Positions 61,341 through 64,000 of a DNA stretch of 64,000 nt are shown one piece after another. Below the pieces are notes generated by a model, which saw nothing but the letters and a program-made list of their open reading frames with translations, was not told the origin of the DNA and searched no databases. How positions within the stretch are numbered: position 1 is the first letter of the stretch; every line of letters begins with the position of its first letter. The position numbers and the translations under genes were made by a program. Source of the stretch: Macrostomum lignano (lineage: Eukaryota); assembly GCA_002269645.1 (NCBI GenBank), contig NIVC01001412.1, forward strand, positions 103,398 to 167,397, written 5' to 3'.

Positions 61341-64000
61341 GGGAGGGACGATGCTCGAATGGTTTGCGTAGCTATGGTATTCGGCCTTTGGCTTGTACAT
61401 GTGTATTGCCTCAGCTTACATGCTCACGTTTAGGCCGCTGTGTCATACATTAGTTATACATTAGCAATTGCTTCTCCGCTTAAGGTTTAGTCAAGCAAAC
61501 GCAATGTACTTTAAATAAAACAGAGGACCAATAAATAAGGAAGTAGCAACACAGCAAGCTACAGCATAAATGTATTACAGTAAGTTATGTATTTGATATA
61601 TCTGCATTATAGCTGCATAATATGCATTGCTGAGATGTAGCATTATAAGCTTCACTTAAATATTATGAAACGGCCAGCAGGGCAGCTGGGTGAGTTATGT
61701 GTTGAGCTCAGTATAGTATGAATGCCTGTTTTGGTTGGGAGCTGCACAGGTTAGCAGCCATGTAGACCGTACTATCGTTGTAATAGCACAATTAACTCTA
61801 CAAATGCATGTAAATTATTGCATTGTTATATTTGCACAGCAGATTACAATGCTAAGAGCTAGAAAGACTGTTAATACAAGCTGCGTCATATTGCTTGCAT
61901 CTTATAATGAGTTATTTCTCTTAGATTATGCGCTTACAGGTACGTACATGCATATATTCATGCACTATCCGCCACATTTCTGAGCCACACACAAGTTATC
62001 TACTACATATAAAAATCAATATTGAATAACAAATAATTCTATCTAAAAACTTTGTTATTTCAAAATCTAAACGACAGCTATGAAACATAGATTTGTCTGT
62101 AATTTGGAATAAGTTTTTATTTAATTGACTATTACGTCTAAGTACTATTGAATAAATTTGTTTAAACTTGTTTGAAAGTTGAAAAAGTTGTTTAAATAAG
62201 CTACGTTATTTCTAATAGAGTCAGTTTAAAAAAACTATTTAAATGTTAAACTTAAACCGTACTGTACACAACTACTTGACCCCGCCACTACTAGTTAAAT
62301 AAATTAATTTTGATCTGTAAGAAGGAACGATCGTATCGTATCGTAACCACGCTCAGGCTCTTAAATGGTCAAGACTATTGTTAACAACAAGTGAAGATTT
62401 TATTTCAAGGCAGCTTTGGCCTTGGGAGAATATTTTGAGATACTAGGCTTTTCCCTTTTTGACATAGTTCTAGTTTACTTCGTTATATTATTTCATAATT
62501 CTACTTTAGAATTATGAAACTAGAAACTACAAACTAGGAACTTTGCATATGAATACCATTGAAGGGACTTTGGTGCATGTCAAGGCAAAGTTCCAGAAGA
62601 TGAATGGCACTAGCGACGGCCTATTTTGATTTGCACCTGAACAAGTACTTCTGGCGCCGCCTTTACTTAGAGAAGTCATTCGGCAACTTGTTCTAGGTTG
62701 CTCATTATTATACCATTTAGTGAGCTCAGCGGACTATTCACTGCTATGGACTAACTTGTTTTAACTTATTCAGTTGATTTTTAACGCAAAATAATTTAAT
62801 GTGGGAAACTAGGATTATGCCTTCATTTTGATTGACCCAATAATGATTACCTTTGGCTTTTGTCAGAATGCTTTGAAACAATAAACTCTGCCTCACTGCC
62901 TCAGGCTCAGGGCATAGGATGGCCTAGGATAACTATTGTTGAAAATATCCTTTATAAGTATTTATGAATCATGATAATGATAATATTATTCTAACATTTT
63001 AAACATTCTTTTAATTTAGGCCTAGGTCTTAGTCTTAGTACTATATATGAGGCATATTGTTGTTAATAGTTTAAACAATTATTTAATTCTCATTATATTT
63101 TTAATGTAGGGCCCTTAGACACTATAAACTTAATGTATGTCAAAATTTGTTATTGATGCTTACTAAGTCTAAGAGTAGTGCTGTCACCATTGTAATTTAT
63201 ATACAAAATGTTAATTTCTCAGAGCTTTTTTAGAATTGACATTAATTGGTTATTTTGTCCCATAGACAAAGTACTCAAGATAGACTAGGTGTAGGGGCCT
63301 ATAGATCAAATAGTAACTATGCTTAAATAATATTGGTTTCTTTGGTATTTATTATATTAGGTTTAGATAAGCCACTACAAAGTTTCCCAGTAGAGATGCA
63401 GTAATAAGTTAGCTAGTTAGTTGGTAGTTTAAGTTTGATAAATAAAGATTATAAACTCACTATTAAACTGAAGTTAAAATAAACAATCCAAGCATCAAAG
63501 AGTCAAAAAAAGTAAATTAGAAACAAGTAAGTCAGAAGGAAGGACAGGGTTATAAATTTTTTTACAAGATTAAATATGATTATGTATAAATAATAATCAT
63601 TGCCATGATGCAGAAATTGGGACATGCTATAGGGCCACAGGTGGTTCAGCAAATACAAAAATAATAGCTGCAGAAAGCATGCAGCACAAAGAAAAACAAA
63701 AGACCAAAATAGGGGGGCAATATATAGGGGCCAGAAAGGTAAAAACCCAAAACCACAAAAGGCAAAAAGAAAGCTAACAATGGACCAAACCCTAAATAGG
63801 AGATGACAAAATCCTTGTCACTAAGGCACCTCAAGGTGGACAGAAAAGGCCAAACCAGGGAAAAAGTTCCAATGCAAAACCCAACAATGGTAGCGGTAGC
63901 CCTACTATCCCAATAGAATCATGAATAAAAGAATTTTTAGTAAACTACTTAAATCAACAAACTAGGGCACTAAGATGGCAGGCAACAAAAACATAGAAAC

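Overview
Eukaryotic (invertebrate-like, intron-containing) genomic DNA dominated by nested mobile elements. (1) 1-5835: 3' part of a spliced gene joining about 13 ankyrin repeats to a Mab-21/cGAS-like nucleotidyltransferase. (2) 10432-35561: a full-length Polinton/Maverick (adintovirus-like) provirus with AGTAG...CTACT termini and a 6-bp TSD (TATTTT). It encodes minor and major capsid, A32-type ATPase, gasderminX-like protein, adenain, pPolB with an endonuclease VII insert, a pX-like core protein, rve integrase, parvovirus-type PLA2 and a spliced orphan gene. Several of these genes are frameshifted. (3) The main finding is nested inside it at 24078-33189: a 9,112-bp element with apparently identical 1,391-bp TIRs, ACTACT...AGTAGT termini and its own 6-bp TSD (TACATG). 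It carries only a second, different-lineage protein-primed DNA polymerase and a divergent PC4-like ssDNA-binding gene, with no integrase or capsid. The polymerase is split by six GT-AG introns (three inside catalytic motifs A, B and C) and splices to an intact 1,276-aa ORF. This looks like a minimal self-replicating linear replicon that may be a satellite of Polintons. (4) 39.3-49.5 kb: two convergent Crypton-type tyrosine-recombinase genes, one interrupted by a Bel/Pao LTR retrotransposon (41630-48723). (5) 49.9-61.3 kb: host genes for an EGF/TSP1 membrane protein and an Ig-domain membrane protein. All calls come from motif reading and manual splice/frame arithmetic; no database searches were run.
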